A stretch of 62,789 nt of DNA, filler included, from Squatina squatina (taxonomy: Eukaryota): the NCBI GenBank assembly GCA_031763465.1. It is 4 parts of 4 records of this genome, joined end to end, with 100 filler letters (N's around TTAATTAATTAA, not from the genome) between each part and the next. Parts side by side here need not be neighbours in the genome. Positions count along the whole stretch, not along the records: positions 35,146 to 49,465 come from JARFOE010000051.1; positions 49,566 to 62,789 come from JARFOE010000016.1; 2 more parts are not named here. The stretch is one strand, 5' to 3'. A model generated the notes under the pieces. The model was given only the letters and a program-made list of their open reading frames with translations. It did not search any database and was not told where the DNA came from. Below are positions 39,660 through 51,285 of the stretch, piece by piece. Each line of letters begins with the position of its first letter. Position 1 is the first letter of the stretch. The position numbers and the translations under genes are program-made.

Positions 39660-40190
39660 ATCAGAACATAAGAATTAGGAGCAGGAGTAGGTCATATGGC
39701 CCCTCGAGCCTGCTCCACTATTCAATAAGATCATGGCTGATCATCGACCTCGACTCCACTTTCCTGTCCGATCTCCACATCCCTTGATTCCCCGAGAGTC
39801 CAAAAATCTATCTATTTCAGCCTTGAATATACTCGACGATTAAGTATCCACAGCCCTTTGGGGTCGAGAATTCAAATATACACAATCCTCTGAGTGAAGA
39901 AATTCCTCCTCATCTCAGTCTTAAATGGTCAACCTCTGATCCTGAGACTATGTTCCCTAGTTCTAGACTCTCCAGTCACAGGAAACAACCTCTCAGCATC
40001 TACTCTGTCAATCCCCCTCAGAATCTTATATGTTTCAATGAGATGATCTCTCATTCTTCTAAACTCCAGAGAGTATTGGCCCAATCTACTCAATCTCTCC
40101 TCATAGGACCACGCTCTCATTACAGGAATCAAACCAGTGAACCTTTGTTGCACTGCCGCTAAGGCAAGTATATCCTTCCTTAGGATAAGG
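39660..40190 (-). mobile_element. CR1 LINE 3' end
   Basis: LRKDILALAAVQQRFTGLIP..SYEERLSRLG.YSLEFRRMR.HLIETYKIL..ESRTREHSL, followed by the 3' UTR. Confidence 0.9.
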
Positions 40191-40867
40191 CAACAGAATT
40201 GTGCAGCCCAAGGAAACTGAATAGTATAAAAATAGAGCCGTTCCCTCCAAAAAGCTAGAGCTCTCCAGACAGTCGGAAGTAGCAAAACCAAGTGACGGAG
40301 GTCGAGTTTAATCACTTTGAAGTCCATGTGGAAACCAGATTGTATTAATTTGTCAATTAATGTAATACTGTAGAACAATAGTGGTATTATTCAATATTAA
40401 AGATTGTTGTTTAAAACCACTCAGGCCTGAATCATACAGAAGCTATTGTTGAAAGACTAACAACGTTGCAACAAAAACTACAGGAAGAAATCCGCTAACA
40501 AATTTGTTAGGAGCTGGCATAAGACGTTACTAGACTANNNNNNNNNNNNNNNNNNNNNNNNNNNNNNNNNNNNNNNNNNNNNNNNNNNNNNNNNNNNNNN
40601 NNNNNNNNNNNNNNNNNNNNNNNNNNNNNNNNNNNNNTTGCATTCTATGGTTCTTACTTTCATTTCTGTCCTTGTTTCCCTCTCCTTTGTCCCCCTGCTT
40701 AGGTTCCCATCCCCCTGCCTGTGAGCTGTCTGTGAGTTTTTTTCGCAGTGTCAAATAGATCGACTTTAAAAAAATGTTCAAAGACCTGAACTTTGCGCTC
40801 GCCAATTCGTCCATTAGCACCAGAAACTCAGGGCAGTCGCCCTGTGCCCTCCTCACAGCTTGCTTTC

Positions 40868-41408
40868 CCACCTATTTTTGCGTCATCCGCAAATTTGGCT
40901 ACAGTACACTCACTTCCCTTCATCTAAGTCATTAATATATATTGTAAATTGTTGCGGCCCCAGCAATGATCCCTGTGGCACCCCACTAGTTACAGGTTAC
41001 TTGAAAATGACCCCTTTATCTTGACTCTCTGTTTTCTGTTAGTTAGCCACTGCTCTACTCATGCTAATATATTACCCTCAACCCTATGAGCTCTTATCTT
41101 GTTAAGTAACCTTTTGTGTGGCAACCTATCGAATACCTTCTCGAAATCCAAATACATGGCATCTACTGGCTCCCCTTTATCTACCCTGCTCATTACTTCC
41201 TCAAAGAACGCTAATAAATTTGTTAGATATGATTTCCGCTTCATAAAGCCATGCTGACTCTGCTTGATTGTATTATGAATTTCTAAATGTCTGCTATTAC
41301 TTCCTTGATAATGGATTCTAACATTTTCCCAATGACAGATGTTAGGCTAACTGGTCTTTATCTCCCTCCTTTTTTGAATAATGTGTTACATTGGCGGTTT
41401 TCCAATAA
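40868..41408 (-). mobile_element. CR1 LINE RT fragment
   Basis: QHGFMKRKSYLTNLLAFFEEV..VDAMYLDFEKVFDRLPHKRLL..GVPQGSLLGPQ..KFADDAK. Confidence 0.9.
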
Positions 41409-43060
41409 NNNNNNNNNNNNNNNNNNNNNNNNNNNNNNNNNNNNNNNNNNNNNNNNNNNNNNNNNNNNNNNNNNNNNNNNNNNNNNNNNNNNNNNNNNNN
41501 NNNNNNNNGCAGAGGTGGGGGGTGGGGGGGGCGGTGCGGTACAAAGTGGGGTGGAGATTTAGTGGCCAGGAAACCCGGAAGTATGGGTTTCCCAGAAGTT
41601 CTGCCTAAGTTAACAGCAGATTTTTTTTTTAAATTCTGTGTCCCAGCCGCAGCCAGTCTGATTGAAGTCTAGCTGTCAGGCGGGTAGGCCCGTGGCTCCA
41701 GGCCGCAGCTGAGGATCTGTCACTGGGAGGAGAGCAAACATCAGGAAGGGATCGATCATCAGGAGGAGTGTTGGTCATCAGGAGGGGGTCCACCATTGGG
41801 AGGGAAGTAGATGTTGGGAGGGAGTAAGTGATCAACAGAGGAGCTGTTATTGGGAGGGAAAAGTGATCAGGGAGGGTGTAAGTGATCGGGAGGGAGTGAG
41901 CTTGGCTATTTTACAAGTTAACTTGTTGGGTCAGGGCCTACTCCTCCTGGCTCACAATCAGTGCTGTATAGACAGTTTTACCTGTTCCATCTGGCCCTCC
42001 ACACCTCCCTTCAGCTGCCGACCTTCCCGAGTCCTGGGAAACCCAGCCTACATGCATTAAAACTAAAACTGAAGTTAAAATAGAGGCACACAGTCCCCTC
42101 AAATGATTTTACTGACCGACCAGCCTCCTGAGAGCTTATTGGTCAACCACCCGCCTCCATTAAAACTGGAAGTGGGTGGGTTGAGCTCGGGTTATCCATT
42201 ATTTTAGTTTTAAACCCCCAACCGCCTTTTCATCGCCCGCCCTTGGTCAGGGCGGGTGGGGTGGGGCAGGGGGGGATTAAAACGATCCATTATATAACTC
42301 CATGGGACCCCATTTTAACTGGAGTTCAGAATGGCTCTTTTACTCTTGCTACTTTGTGTTCTTGGACTCAGTTACGAAGTAGCCCAGTCTAATTGTGTGC
42401 CACAGCAACCTGGGATTGTTATCAGAAGTGCTGATTAGTTTTTCAAGAGATGGTGCAGAATAAGCTGCAGCTTTCACCAGGAGAGGATTGTACAGTGCAT
42501 AAACACATTGCAATATTCCATTAGCAAATTATAGCTCATTCTCTGTTTACAACTAATTACATCTATCACAACAATAGCTTGGTTCCTTTTATGCTGAGAT
42601 ACTCCAGTCATTTTTAAATAATCAACTCACAGTTAATTAGAGCAGTAATCCATTATCCATATTATGTTCAGGTAATAATGGCATTGCTTTGGAGATAGAT
42701 GCCTTGAAATCTGTCAAGAATCACACTGCAGTAGAAAGGTATGACTGAGAGCATATGCAACAAATTTTACGTATAATTCTTTGGAATAAAAGTAGTTGAC
42801 TATTGTTTTTCACATAATAAACCTGAGGTTATGTTTAATGTACAGTTGCTTGTTGAATATTGCTCAAAATGATAGAAAACTGTGGATGATTGTGTAAACT
42901 TTGGGAATTAGCAAGTACTAACCCTTAGCTTGCTGAATGTTCAAGTCGTACAGGTACTAAAGGACAAGAACAGCAGCAATTAGTGCTTTTATAGTTAAAG
43001 TGCCGGGTTGAAATGAAATCTTTTAGCGCATTCTAAGTGGTTACCGTCACAACAAAGGGC

Positions 43061-43633
43061 TGTTAGTCCGGCGACAATAACTCTGCGTATGATTCACACA
43101 CAAGTATTTTTTTTTTAATAACAAGCTTTATTACAGGGATAGATTTGGCCTTCCATTTATATTAAATGCGACGCAAATAACCTGGTTCCCGGGCTCCGAC
43201 TACCTCCAAGAACGCTCTTTGACGTCAGAGAACAGCGCAAATCTTGGAGGGTCCAGTTCCTGCCCTCCAGACCCTCCATGCGGTTGCATTGCTCCTGACC
43301 CTTGAGAACAATCTGAAGTTAAAGGGGACCTGGTTCTATTCTTATACTATAATGCAACCTTGGCTTGTGCTTACATAATATATAGACTGCACGTTTAGCT
43401 GAGGCCACAGCCTATAATCTTTTCAGCCTTTGCCTCTGTGCTACAAACTTTGTTTATACTAAGTGCTCAGGCCAAATGTTTATCCTGTTCCCTAGACCTG
43501 TTGTCCATATATAGAGCTAAGATTAAGTTCCCTTTCTCTTACATTTGTTCTATCACTAAAAATCCTAAAAGAAAGAAATGCTGGGATAGACTTTTTAAAA
43601 TCACATTAAAACATTCTAAAATTCCCCCCTCTT
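43061..43633 (-). mobile_element. LTR (about 560 bp) with adjoining polypurine tract
   Basis: Minus strand: PPT AAGAGGGGGGAA (43633-43622), LTR start TTTTAG (one change from TGTTAG), TATA-like tatagtataag near 43351-43341, AATAAA at 43132-43127, end CTAACA at 43061. Confidence 0.62.
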
Positions 43634-43639
43634 GACACA

Positions 43640-43980
43640 GAATAATCCAGAGACGTGAGTTTGAATCCCACCACAGCAGCTGGGGAATTTAAATTCAGGT
43701 AATTAAATAAATCTGGAATAAAAAGCTAGTATCAATAATGATGACCATAAAACTACCGGATTATTGTAACTACCATCTGATTCACTAATGTCCTTTAGGG
43801 AAGGAAATTTGCCATCCTTAACCACTGCAATGTTGTTGACTCTTAACTTCCCTCTGAAATGGACTACCCTAGCAACCACTCAGTTATATAAGGTGGCTCA
43901 CCACCACCTTCTCAAAGGCAATTAGGGATGGGGAATAAATGCTGGCCTTGCCAGTGACGCTCACATCCCCAGAATGAATA
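43640..43980 (+). mobile_element. tRNA-derived SINE (family B), 5'-truncated
   Basis: gagtttgaatcccaccacagcagctggggaatttaaattcag through to aataaatgctggccttgccagtgacgctcacatccc. Confidence 0.8.
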
Positions 43981-45134
43981 ATAGAAATAATGTCTGTATA
44001 GGCTTTCAATGGGGGTTATTTCTGTTGCTGTGAAGAAATAAAGCAGGTTCTTACGTGATGCCACTGTTTTTTCTTTTGGCTAGCTGACACAACCTATCAG
44101 AAGATAGGACAAGGAGTACCCGGGGGTGAGTCAACATTTGAAAGGGGTTCTCCACACAGAAAAGTTTGAAAATTATTGCTGTACAGTTTTAAATCACCCA
44201 AGTACAGTATTGTTTGCACACATTAACCCCTCACAGGTAGCATAATAACTGAAAAGGGAGAACCAGCGCCAACTGAGGAGGTTTTAGAAGTTCTTACTTT
44301 CATCTGTTTCCATCTTATTCTGTTATCAGCGCACTCTGTGGTGTGCTCTCAGCTCGACCTCAAGCCTTTGAGAGTTGCTTTGTTTCACATGGATAAGTTA
44401 GAATGGATTGAATGTCCTTACTCATCCATATCTATCTTGTGATAGCCCGCATAACAGTCACTGCATTTTAGAAGGTGATTTGCTGTGTTAAGCACTGAGA
44501 TATTGAGACTTGCAAAAGGTTAAAAGAATGTAATTGTTAATATGTTATAACATTATCACAAAAATAAAACAAATAATATTCACCTAAATATTTCAGTAAA
44601 TTGAATTCTCCAATAGGATTTATTTGCTTATATTGTGCATATTGCTATTCAGTCCATACAGTTCAATAGAAAATCAACCCTGATTGGATTTTTCAATGAT
44701 CAAGCTTTCCAATGTAACTACCTGAATGTAGATAAAATGAATGTGAAAAGTGATTTTAATCACATATCATCATACCTGTATGTTACCAGCAGACCTTCTA
44801 AACAACTAGTCGCAAATTCCAAGACAACAATTATGTTTTTTATTAACTTAAAATTATAAGCAGCAATTTACGTATATTTTAGCAACATGCCCGTATCTCG
44901 TTCCAGACTTTCTCATGTTTGGGGAAAGCTCCCATATTCCACAGTCTGATTTATATTATGAGACAAAGAGTACTCACGTAATATGAACATGGATTCGTAT
45001 TTTTTTTTTAACGAAACCTACTTTGGGAAATGTTTAGCTTAAACATATTCAAACCCTTTAAAGTCCCAGGACGTAACTTACAAAGTAGGAACACTGACAA
45101 TAACCAGAGTCTTATTATTGATAATTAGCCAACT

Positions 45135-45350
45135 GCTTTCCCAGAGAGTGGTGAGAATGTGGAACTTGCTACCACAGGGAGTGGTTGAAGAAAATAGTAT
45201 GGATGCTAGATATAAGGGAGAAAGAAATAGAGGGTTATGCTGATAGAGTGAGATGAGGAAAGTCAGGAGGAGGCTCGAGTGGAGCATAAACGCCAGCATG
45301 GACTGGTTGGGACGAATGGCCTGTTTCTGTGCCATATATCCTATGTAATA
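45135..45350 (+). mobile_element. CR1 LINE 3' end
   Basis: SQRVVRMWNLLPQGVVE plus 3' UTR ending ttggga cgaatggcctgtttctgtgc. Confidence 0.75.
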
Positions 45351-46484
45351 GCAAATAGGTAAAGGTACTCAGCTCTTAAAAATAGTGTTCCATGCATTTC
45401 ACTTTTCTGGACAAGAAGGACCTAATAGATTGAAGGAAGCAGGATTACCTGAAGCTGTATGCTTTATAGCTTGTGATTGAAACACCAAATGTGGACCTTG
45501 GAAAATATTGGCACATTCCAGTTTTTGCATTGAAAGGATACACTGACTCTCTCATCAGCTTTGCCTTGCTCTGTAAGTAAATAATAGTTTATATTTTAGC
45601 AAAGGAACAGCATCAACACTACAAAATTCATGGATTTTTTTTTTGGAAAACATGTTTGTTGTTTTTTGTCNNNNNNNNNNNNNNNNNNNNNNNNNNNNNN
45701 NNNNNNNNNNNNNNNNNNNNNNNNNNNNNNNNNNNNNNNNNNNNNNNNNNNNNNNNNNNNNNNNNNNNNNTCTTGAATATATTTAATGATTTAGCCTCAA
45801 CTGCCTTCTGTGGTAGAGAATTCCACAGGTTCACCACTCTCTGGGTGTAATCTGTTGATCTTAAAGTATTTTATGAAATTTGTGTGTGAAAATCATCAAC
45901 TGGAATTTGCTGGAATCTTGCATGAACCATTGCTATGGCACAGATTTTACAAGGAATGTTCCATAGGTGACTCACGCCATTACTTGCACTATGCCAAAAT
46001 TACCTGGGATCCTTTGTGCCACTCCACTGTGACCCTCGCCAAAACAGTGAGAATTCAATTATCATGGCTCCGCACGCCCAATAAAATCAATGGGATGTCT
46101 GATTTGCTGCAGTAACACTGCTTTGATCACCGCTGTAACTTCGATTGAACCAGAACGGTGCTAATTTTTATTGAAGGGAGAGGGATACAAAATTTCATTG
46201 GAGAGTTTCAACAAACTGGGAAAGACACTGGCTTAGTAAATGTTAAACTAACTTAATGGCGGTTATATTCAGTAGAATAAACAGATTGAAATGTGTATGT
46301 AGAGGTAGCAGAGCCGGTCGAACGCCCTGTACGAGAAGATGCTGACCAATTCGAAGCAGAAGTTTTACCCTTTACAAATACCCAGGCTTTTGACAATATC
46401 TTTTTAAAAGACAACTCTAGTTGTTTTAGTTTAATGGTTCATTCACCCCATCTGGGAATACAGGATTTCAAATGAGTTGAATGT

Positions 46485-46835
46485 GCAGCTTGTATTTATG
46501 GAACCTTTAATGAAGTAAAACGTCCCAAGGTGCTTCACAGGAGTGTAAATCAACACCAAGGCAAAGAGGGAGGCATTAGGATATGTGACCAAAAGTGTAG
46601 GTTTTAAGGAGCGGTTTGAAGGAGGTAGACAGGCAAAGAGATTTAGGGAGAGAATTCCAGAGCTTGGGGTCTCGGCAGATAAAGGCATGGCTGCCAATGG
46701 TGGGGCAAAGGAGAAGGGGGCGCAACAGACAACAGAGTTGGAGGAACGGAGAGTTAGGGAGGAGGGTTGCAGGGCTGGAGGAGATCATAGAGATAGGAAG
46801 GAGCAAGGCTATGAACAGATTTAAATACAAAGACC
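46485..46835 (-). mobile_element. L2 LINE 3' end
   Basis: PTIGSHAFICRDPKLWNSLP..SFKPLLKT, plus the tail gtgaagcaccttgggacgttttac. Confidence 0.8.
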
Positions 46836-47199
46836 TCAATTTTCACGGGCTAGAGGGCTGGGAAGGGTGCGGGGCAGCCTAGTAGTGGGCGACAAACCCG
46901 GCAAGTCCGGGGATGGGGAGCTCCTGCCATCTTAACGGCAGAGCCTCATTTAAATAAAGAGTCCTGCCCGACTACCCGCCATATTGACCCCTTGATCGGC
47001 AGGTGGAATGTGCATCTAGTCACAGGAAGCTGCAGTTGGGGACCTGTGTGAACCTTTTTAACCTTTGTCTCTCTGTCGGAGAGGCATTTTCCAATATAGC
47101 AGAGACAACCTGCTATATATATAGTAGACAATATATACACTTTCCACTACAAACACTATTACAAGAACTAATAAAAGAACTAGAACTAAACTAAGAACT

Positions 47200-48330
47200 A
47201 AGGGGAATACACAGTAAATGGTAGGACACTGAGAAGTGCAGAGGAACAGAGGGACCTTGGAGTGCATATCCAGAGATCTATGAAGGTAGCAGGACAGGTA
47301 GATACGGTGGTTAAGAAGGCATACGAGATACTGGCCTTTATTTGCCGAGGCAAGATTATAAGAGCAGGGAGGTTATGGTTGAACTGTGTAAAACACTAGC
47401 TGGGCTACAGTTAAAGTACTGTGTGCAGTTCTGGTCACCACATTACAAGAAGGATATGATTGCACTAAAAAAGCTACACAGGAGATTTACGAGGATGTTG
47501 CCTGGACTGGAGAATTTTAGTGATGAGGAAAGATTGGAGAGGCTGGGGTTGTTTTCTTTGGAACAGAGAGGCTGAGGGGAGATTTAATTAAGGTGTATAG
47601 CATTGGGAAGCGACTGCTGTCAACGAACCGGAAGTAGTTGCACGTGTGCAGTTTGAGTTTTTTTAGTTTGTTGTCGCCCGACTTCCCAAAATGAGGAATA
47701 AAGAAGCGGATTTAGAGAATTCTGTTATAACCGTTAATTTTAAATAACATTTGAACTGAGTTTATTTTTCAAAGTTGTTGTTTGTCCTTTAGACAACAGT
47801 TCTTAAACTGGAAAAAAAAACTATTAACCCAAGCTAGCAACATTAAAGAAACTTTATTAGTGACGTGCTTCAGCACTTCTCCGATCCTCCGTCTGTTGCG
47901 ATGAACGTTATTTTTTTAAATTTGGGACTGGACAGTTATGTGCAGAATGCTGCTGCACAGCTTCCTGTTCGTTGGCAAGAGTCACTCCGATAAAATTGAG
48001 GGGCCTAGATAGAATGGATAGGAAGGACCTATTTCCCCTTAGCAGAGAGGGCAATAACCAGGGGGTATAATTGGTAGAAGGATTAGAGGGGAGTTGAGAA
48101 CTTTTTCACCCAGAGGGTGGTGGGGGTCAGGAAAACACTGCCTGAAAGGGTGGGAGAGGCAGAAAACCTCATTGCATTTAAAAAGTACTTGGATATGCAC
48201 TTGCAGTGCCGTAACCTACAGCGCTACGGACCAAGAGCTGGAAAGTGGGATTAGGCTGGGTAGCTCTTTTTCGGCCGGCATAGAGACAATGGGCTGAATG
48301 GCCTCCTTCTGTGCTGCTAAATTTCTGTGA
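47200..48330 (+). mobile_element. CR1 LINE 3' region, interrupted at 47600-47990
   Basis: QRDLGVHI..YKSREVMVELCKTLAGLQLKYCVQFWSPHYKKD..ERLERLGLFSLEQR..DLIKVY; resumes at 47991 with GLDRMDRKDLFP..FTQRVV and the 3' UTR. Confidence 0.9.
47600..47990. mobile_element. MITE-like insertion with imperfect terminal inverted repeats and TA duplication
   Basis: Removing it restores the CR1 sequence ggtgtaTAaaatt. Left gcgactgctgtcaacgaaccggaag compares with the reverse complement of the right end, gtgactcttgccaacgaacaggaag. Confidence 0.7.
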
Positions 48331-48369
48331 GATTGACCTTTTAAATCATAAAACATTCCAACAATAAGG

Positions 48370-48625
48370 GTGTTAACAGCAGTGGGGTGATGGGGGTGGC
48401 GGTAGGTGGGGTTGGCAGTGTTGCAGAGGTACAAGTGAGGTTTTCGTACTGTGTAGGATATGGGATTTGAAGCTCAGCCCAGCGACCCGAGGTAGTACAC
48501 TCTGATTCAGCCTGGATGGGCAGCCAGGGAGTGGGGTGGAGTTTGGGTGCAGAGTTATGTGATGGGAGTTAAATAACATGCCTTTGGTTTTCCAGATACT
48601 TAATTGAAGAAGGTTCTGGCTTATA
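48370..48625 (-). mobile_element. Old L2 LINE fragment
   Basis: Degenerate minus-strand match to the L2 RT C-terminal region (..RLNQSV..LSFKSHI..TKT..HL.N.A). Confidence 0.5.
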
Positions 48626-48696
48626 AAACAACAGGGCATCCCTGGCAGTACATCCATATTTATTAGGTGTGGGGGTTTGGAGGTGGGGTTGCCACA

Positions 48697-48856
48697 TGAC
48701 GTTCCCTCTAAGCTGTGCAGCCACAGAGCTTTCTGCTGGTCCTGTGCAGTCCAGGACCGGCTTTTCCCATGTTAAATTCCATGCATGCGTAAAACTGAAT
48801 GGGCCATGCAGCCCCTTAAAGGGCCCGCGCTCAGAAAAGAATTTGGGGAAATGTTG
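48697..48856. mobile_element. Short hAT-like MITE
   Basis: Ends tgacgttccctctaa and ttggggaaatgttg are imperfect inverted repeats. Flanks ttgccaca and gtcccaca match 6/8, consistent with an aged 8-bp TSD. Confidence 0.5.
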
Positions 48857-49139
48857 GTCCCACATACAGAAATTTTTTTTTTTTTTTAAAGTGGGCTATT
48901 GTTACACACCATAACACCTGGGTTGATATTTTCCTGCTCATCCCAGAGTGATGAGTCAAGTTCTGGGTGAAGTTAGTCTCCGTACTCTGGGAACGGACGG
49001 GATCTTTGGTGGTCGAGTTCTCATCGTGCCTGACGCTGCGCTTCGATCGCGAGCGCGTTGCTCGACTTGCCCGAGTTTGCTTTAGGCATCCAATCCAGCC
49101 ACCCACTTCACCCCAACCCTTTTCTTTGTTGGCTCAAAG

Positions 49140-49261
49140 GTGTTGCTGAGAAGAGCAAGGAGCAGATGATCCGAAACACGTGCGAAGCCACCATCCTGAC
49201 CGCACTCCACCCGCGATCCTCCATCACAGTCGTACTGCAGGTCATCCACGACGCCGGATCT
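49140..49261 (+). CDS. EXOSC5: RNA exosome component RRP46, internal exon (122 nt)
   Basis: aaag|(G)[40 protein letters not shown]|gtatcct, compared with human [41 protein letters not shown]. Divergent from BCKDHA, as in human. Confidence 0.95.
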
Positions 49262-49269
49262 GTATCCTG
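49262..49269 (+). promoter_or_regulatory. U12-type (minor spliceosome) 5' splice site
   Basis: GTATCCTG versus consensus RTATCCTT, located exactly where protein homology ends. Confidence 0.8.
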
Positions 49270-49282
49270 ACATCCGTGATCG

Positions 49283-49465
49283 GTCGGCCGTGACTCCGTG
49301 GGTAGCACCCTCGCCTCTGAGTCAGAAAGGTTGTGGGTTCAAGTCCCACTTTAGAAACTTGAGCACAAAAATCTAGGCTGACACTCCCAGTGCGGTGCTG
49401 AGGGAGCACCGCACTGCCAGACGTGTCTTCTTTTGGGTGAGGTGTTAAACCGAGGCCCCATCTGC
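49283..49465 (+). mobile_element. Deu-domain SINE 5' part
   Basis: tRNA-like head (gtgggtagcac..gggttcaagtccc) and body tgagggag..gttaaaccgaggcccc. Confidence 0.85.
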
Positions 49466-49565
49466 NNNNNNNNNNNNNNNNNNNNNNNNNNNNNNNNNNN
49501 NNNNNNNNNTTAATTAATTAANNNNNNNNNNNNNNNNNNNNNNNNNNNNNNNNNNNNNNNNNNNN
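49466..49565. other. Artificial scaffold linker
   Basis: 44 N + TTAATTAATTAA (49510-49521) + 44 N. Confidence 0.95.
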
Positions 49566-49799
49566 GGTGGTTTCTTCTACCACCCTCTATTTTCTCCCAT
49601 TCTTTCCAAACTCCTAAAATGCTTGCTTATTTTTTTTTAGTTTTGAGTTGTGATGAAACATTAAGTTGCCTCTTTTATTTGAAGATGCAAAGTGACCCCT
49701 GCGTGTGTAGAGCATTTTAACTTTTAACTCCCTTTTTGCTAAGGACCAAAAATGTTACTCTATTCTTCATGTGCAAGTCTAGATACTTAGCATAATATT

Positions 49800-50060
49800 C
49801 AACTGTGTGGAGCATCAGAGATGAACCCAATTCTGATCTTGCATGATATCTATATGTATGTATTTTCTGGCAGAGATCACTGGGTTGTGGTCAGGAGCAG
49901 GAACCCTGGTTGATTTTTCCCCTGACGAGCTCAGGGCCGTTGATGCCAATTTTATTAGCTGTACTGTTGTTCCAGTAGAGATCAGTTAACTCATCACAGA
50001 GGAACAAATGAACCAGAAACTCCATATTCTGTATATCATAGTACTGCGCCATGTGATTAC
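49800..50060 (-). mobile_element. Old SINE-like repeat
   Basis: Loose similarity to 34140-34330 in the opposite orientation. Confidence 0.4.
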
Positions 50061-50646
50061 CTACAAAACCAGTGGGGGAGTTGGCGATTAATGTTATTAA
50101 ATGATGGATCTTCAATACTTATCACATACAGGAATGATTATTTTGACCCTGATACAGCTTTTAATGCACATCTTCCCTAAACTAATTTGCATTCTCCCAG
50201 AGGGCACCATTAAGCAGTTTCTCAGAAGTGATTGAAAAACTGACATGAGAGCAATTCAATAATCTGAGTTTAACAATCTGAAGAGTGTTTAGTGCTGAAA
50301 CCAATTGAGGGCAATGGAGTGTAGGATTTCTGGAGGAAACCAACCTTGGTAATCAAATATTATTAAATTTGCAATGTTCTGTGCTGTGGAGCAAGTCACA
50401 AAATTAATCAGAAAATTAAGAAACAAAACTGTTTCACTAGAATTAGAATGATTTGCAGTCTGTGCACAGATTCCAAAGAAGAAAGTATTTAAAAAACACT
50501 TATTATTCAGAAAAGTGTGACAACTGTTTTTTGAAGTCTTCAGAATNNNNNNNNNNNNNNNNNNNNNNNNNNNNNNNNNNNNNNNNNNNNNNNNNNNNNN
50601 NNNNNNNNNNNNNNNNNNNNNNNNNNNNNNNNNNNNNNNNNNNNNN

Positions 50647-50992
50647 TAGGCTGATGATGCAGTGCTGAGGGAGTACTGCACTGTCTGAGGTGCTGTCTTT
50701 TGGATGAGACATTAAACCGATGCCCCGACTGCTCTCTCAGGTGGAGGGAAAAGATTCCACGGCACTATTTCGAAGAGGAGCAGGGGAGTTATCCCCAGTG
50801 TCCTGGCGAATATTTATCCCTCAATCAACATAACAAAAACAGATTATCTGGTCATTATCACATTGATGTTCGTGGGAGTTTGGCTGCTGCGTTTCCTACA
50901 TTACAACAGTGATTACACTTCAAAACCGATTCATAACCTGTAAAGGGCTTTGGGATGTCCAGTGGTCATGAAAGGTGCAAGTCTTTCTTTCT
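50647..50992 (+). mobile_element. Deu-domain SINE body and L2-like tail
   Basis: ggcactatttcgaagaggagcaggggagttatcccc..ttggctgctgcgtttcctacattacaacagtga..tttgggatgtcc..tgcaagtctttcttt. Confidence 0.85.
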
Positions 50993-51115
50993 CCAATTAA
51001 ACGAGGGTCTGCCAAACATGCCCTCCAGAAAATGGTGTCTCTCGAATATTCAGTACACTTTTTGAGTCAGTCAGCCAAATTTCACGCAGTGAGACAAACA
51101 TTTGTATGAGTCACA

Positions 51116-51285
51116 GGGGTCAATTTTTACTTTGATTGTCAAGCGAAAATCACTCAACAGTGAAACATCAGTGTTGGCCAATTTTCCTTTTACTTCAATG
51201 GAAAAGAAAATCCTGGAGGTGTAAAACGGATTGGCAATTTGCTCTCACCCATTTTTCACGTGGCGATAAAAGTTAAAATGACCCC
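51116..51285. mobile_element. Palindromic MITE (170 bp)
   Basis: ggggtcaatttttactttgattgtca versus the reverse complement of the right end, ggggtcattttaacttttatcgcca. cacag occurs at both flanks. Confidence 0.7.

Noticed and set aside
47620-47700. CCGGAAGT + CACGTG as the BCKDHA/EXOSC5 bidirectional promoter
   Set aside because: The motifs lie in the arm of an insertion inside a CR1, and no first exon of either gene is adjacent.
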